Positions 61,384 through 64,000 of a stretch of DNA of 64,000 nt are shown here, in pieces (the first letter of the stretch is position 1; every line of letters starts with the position of its first letter). The notes below the pieces were generated by a model. That model made no database searches. It had not been told where the DNA came from and saw nothing but the letters and a program-made list of their open reading frames with translations. Made by a program: the position numbers and the translations under genes. Origin of the DNA: Paraspadella gotoi (Eukaryota > Animalia > Chaetognatha); contig CM119266.1 in NCBI GenBank assembly GCA_051294375.1, forward strand, positions 25,840,161-25,904,160. Direction: 5' to 3'.

Positions 61384-62323
61384 GCTGCCAGCGCCCGAGC
61401 CTTTCGTAGTTCGTGAATACTTAATCCGTTCGTTTATCTCCTTATCACTTGTTCTCTCTCCCTCTCTTTCTTCGCCCCGAGGTTTTCTTAACTTATTCAT
61501 TTCCCCGTTAAACAATTTGATCATCCTTCTTTGTTATCGCTCGATTCTTATGCCTCTCCTCGCGTCTCTTATTACGGTTCCAGGCCTCGAACGATGGACT
61601 TTGGGTGGCTGTTAACAATTACGGATTTTTCTTATTAGGTAAAATTAGATGTATCATCTTGTCTAGTCTATCTTCATAATGTAATATTAATAATGATAAA
61701 CTTAGAAGTAGATCATATTTTATTCCAACATTTTATTCGTCTAAAATCACAGCAACACTATATAATATCCTTTAATCAATCCAATTAACCCTCTCTCTGC
61801 ATTAACCATTCTTTAAACCTCGACGCCATTCTCCGTCTAAACTGCCGATCCTCTCCCCATTTTTCTAACCTCATCTCTTTCCACCTCTTAACCCTTTCCT
61901 TCGATAAACCGTCGATGGTTCGAGATTGCCAATTTTCTTAACTGCGAAAACTTCGCCCAGACTTTCGATCTCATCGTTACACGATCATCCAGATCAATTT
62001 CTGACCGGAGTTGTTATCTCCCTTCCTTTCGTTCCTTTCCTTTCACCGTTCGTGCTCTTCGTTCCTCCTTCGTTCTCTTTGTTCACCGTCCTCGTTCACC
62101 TTCCATCTTCCCCTCGCTCCGGTCACAGAGGATTCCTCACTTTATCTCCTTATCACAGCAGGTTATCCTCTCGCTTCACAGAAACTCTTCAGTCGCTTTT
62201 ATTTAACCATTGATCGTCCAACCGTTTTATTCGTCTTTCGTCATTCGCCCTTCGTCGTTCTCACTTCGTCGTTCGCAATTCGTCGGCGCGTATTGTCAAG
62301 ATGTCACTGAAACGACGATAATC

Positions 62324-62397
<74 letters not shown>

Positions 62398-62930
62398 ATT
62401 CTTCTCTCCTTTCTTCAATGTACTCCGTAATGAGGAGAAGTCGTTTTCCGTCTCCCAAATGTAGCCGCTTTTCTCAACGATCTCTCTCTCAACGTAAAGA
62501 CGAAGAATGAAGAAATTTTAATTTCAAAAGGCGAAGAAAGAAAATTGCTGGTTCACCTTCATCGTTCACCATTCACCATCACGCATTCACACTTTATCAT
62601 TCACAGACTACTTATTTATAACTCAGTTTTACCCTTGATCATAACTTTATTCCTTCATACTATGAAATCATTTCACTACTCCATCAAGCAATGCATCACC
62701 AATTAGCACACATCACAATTGCGACTTAATACTACAATTAGTCGACACAATACCGACGCTATTCTATTTACTTTCGACCGACATTATCGTTAGCTCCGTT
62801 GTCTTCGTTGTCTTCGTTGTTCGACCTCTTTAATGCTTTTCTCTTTCACTCAGTTTAAAGCTCTTTCTCTACTTTGCCGCCACGATATATATAAATAGGC
62901 CTACGAATATGTGAATTTTGTGTCTCTCTG

Positions 62931-62981
<51 letters not shown>

Positions 62982-63322
62982 CTTCTCTCTCTCTCTCTCT
63001 CTCTCTCTCTTCTTCGCATTGCTCTTTCTCTACTTCTCCGTAGCGAGCGCTCAAATTCATATTTTTTCTGTCTTTTTTAATTGCCTCCCTTATTGTCCCA
63101 TCACCCACCCATCACCCCCACCCCATCCACCATCAAATCCATTCTAACTGTTCTCTTTTGTCCTGAATGGTATCGTCTCTCTCGCTGATTTCCTTCTCCA
63201 ATTCCTCGATGTCTTTCTCGCAACTGACGAATTCCTTTGAGGCTTCGATTGTTTTCGATCTTCAGTTGACGAATTTCTTCGTTTCTGTCTTCGATCTCCT
63301 TCGAGACGTTCGTGAACTTCTT
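55173..63322 (-). CDS. CFAP57: CFAP57/WDR65 3' coiled-coil region; exons 63322-63149, 60145-59914, 59700-59586, 58692-58582, 58251-57955, 55954-55788, 55718-55173; 5' part lies beyond the window
   Basis: Signature [31 protein letters not shown], plus EKDI..LEKEISERDDTIQDK, EFQRQRKHLE, DNVRIMHQNVLLIKEVNDLR and QAEIRRLRD; ends LPPI*. Several frame disruptions. Confidence 0.9.
56952..57014. repeat. 10-bp tandem repeat (ACGTGGCAGA-like, ~6 degenerate units)
   Basis: Directly visible. Confidence 0.8.
57116..57129. promoter_or_regulatory. RFX X-box motif GTTGCCATGGAAAC within a CFAP57 intron
   Basis: 13/14 match to the X-box consensus, inside a motile-cilia gene. Confidence 0.55.
59914..60145 (-). 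CDS. CFAP57: CFAP57 most conserved exon
   Basis: Acceptor tttttttttcag, donor GAG|gtgagg in phase 0, joining KDRE to MDRCNAK. Confidence 0.92.
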
Positions 63323-64000
63323 CTGCGTTTTTTTTTTAAAGGAAAGAATTTTCGTCGTCTTTTGTCGGCAGTCGTCGTTGTTGTCAATTGATTACATACA
63401 CTCGTTCAACTCTTAATTACTGCATTTCTTGAGTGATAATAAAATGTTTCGTCCATTTTTACCCCCGTCTGTATCATCCGTCAATTCTTCCCTCCGTCCG
63501 TCCGTCTGTCTCTCGTTCGTACGTAATATCGTCCCGGAGAACCCCTTCGTCGATCCGTCCATCCATCCCTACATTAGAGCGTTGAAAAATACAAAAATAT
63601 ACAAATCAAGTGAAAGGTACATAGCATTTTAGTGTAATGTAGTCTGTAGAATTCGACGGTGATGACCAGTTTTTTTTGTATAATTTTATCTTTCTGATCG
63701 GAAATGGCGGTTTTTATGTTTATAAATTGTTAATAAAATAGCAAAACCATTATAAGTTAATGCATAAATCAAAATTATTATAACACTTTTAAAAAATTAT
63801 ATGAGCTTTTGAATTAAAATAGAAGACTTATAGAAAATATTTGGTAAGTTTATTTTTAAATGTATGTTTTATAAAAAAGTTAGGTGTAACTATATTTATT
63901 AATAATTATGAGTTAAAAATTGGCTTAAAAGTAAAAATAATAATTTCAAAATTTTTTCATGGATTTGCATTCTTTGGAAAAAGTTGATATAAGAAAATAT

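Overview
Eukaryotic (metazoan, probably invertebrate) draft-assembly DNA: AT-rich, with GT-AG introns, five N gaps and very dense (GA)n and (GAC)n microsatellites that generate most of the ORF track. By hand-splicing I can support four protein-coding genes. (1) A ~40 kb + strand gene for a CUB + LDLa-like + single-TM receptor with a ~600 aa low-complexity tail (11 phase-consistent exons at 11626-45718, candidate first exon 5305-5473). (2) A 3-exon fukutin/LicD-like type II membrane protein nested antisense in one of its introns (17233-15473), apparently lacking the catalytic DxD motif. (3) A single-exon 166 aa type I membrane protein (53140-52640). (4) The 3' seven exons of CFAP57/WDR65 (63322-55173), with several frame disruptions. 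Also present: two TA-flanked MITEs, an unusual double-hairpin A-X-A'-B-X-B' element, Helentron/DINE-like repeats with an 18-bp minisatellite, two consensus RFX X-boxes, an orphan 6-Cys peptide exon, and several antisense exon-like islands. Family calls rest on recalled motifs, not database searches.
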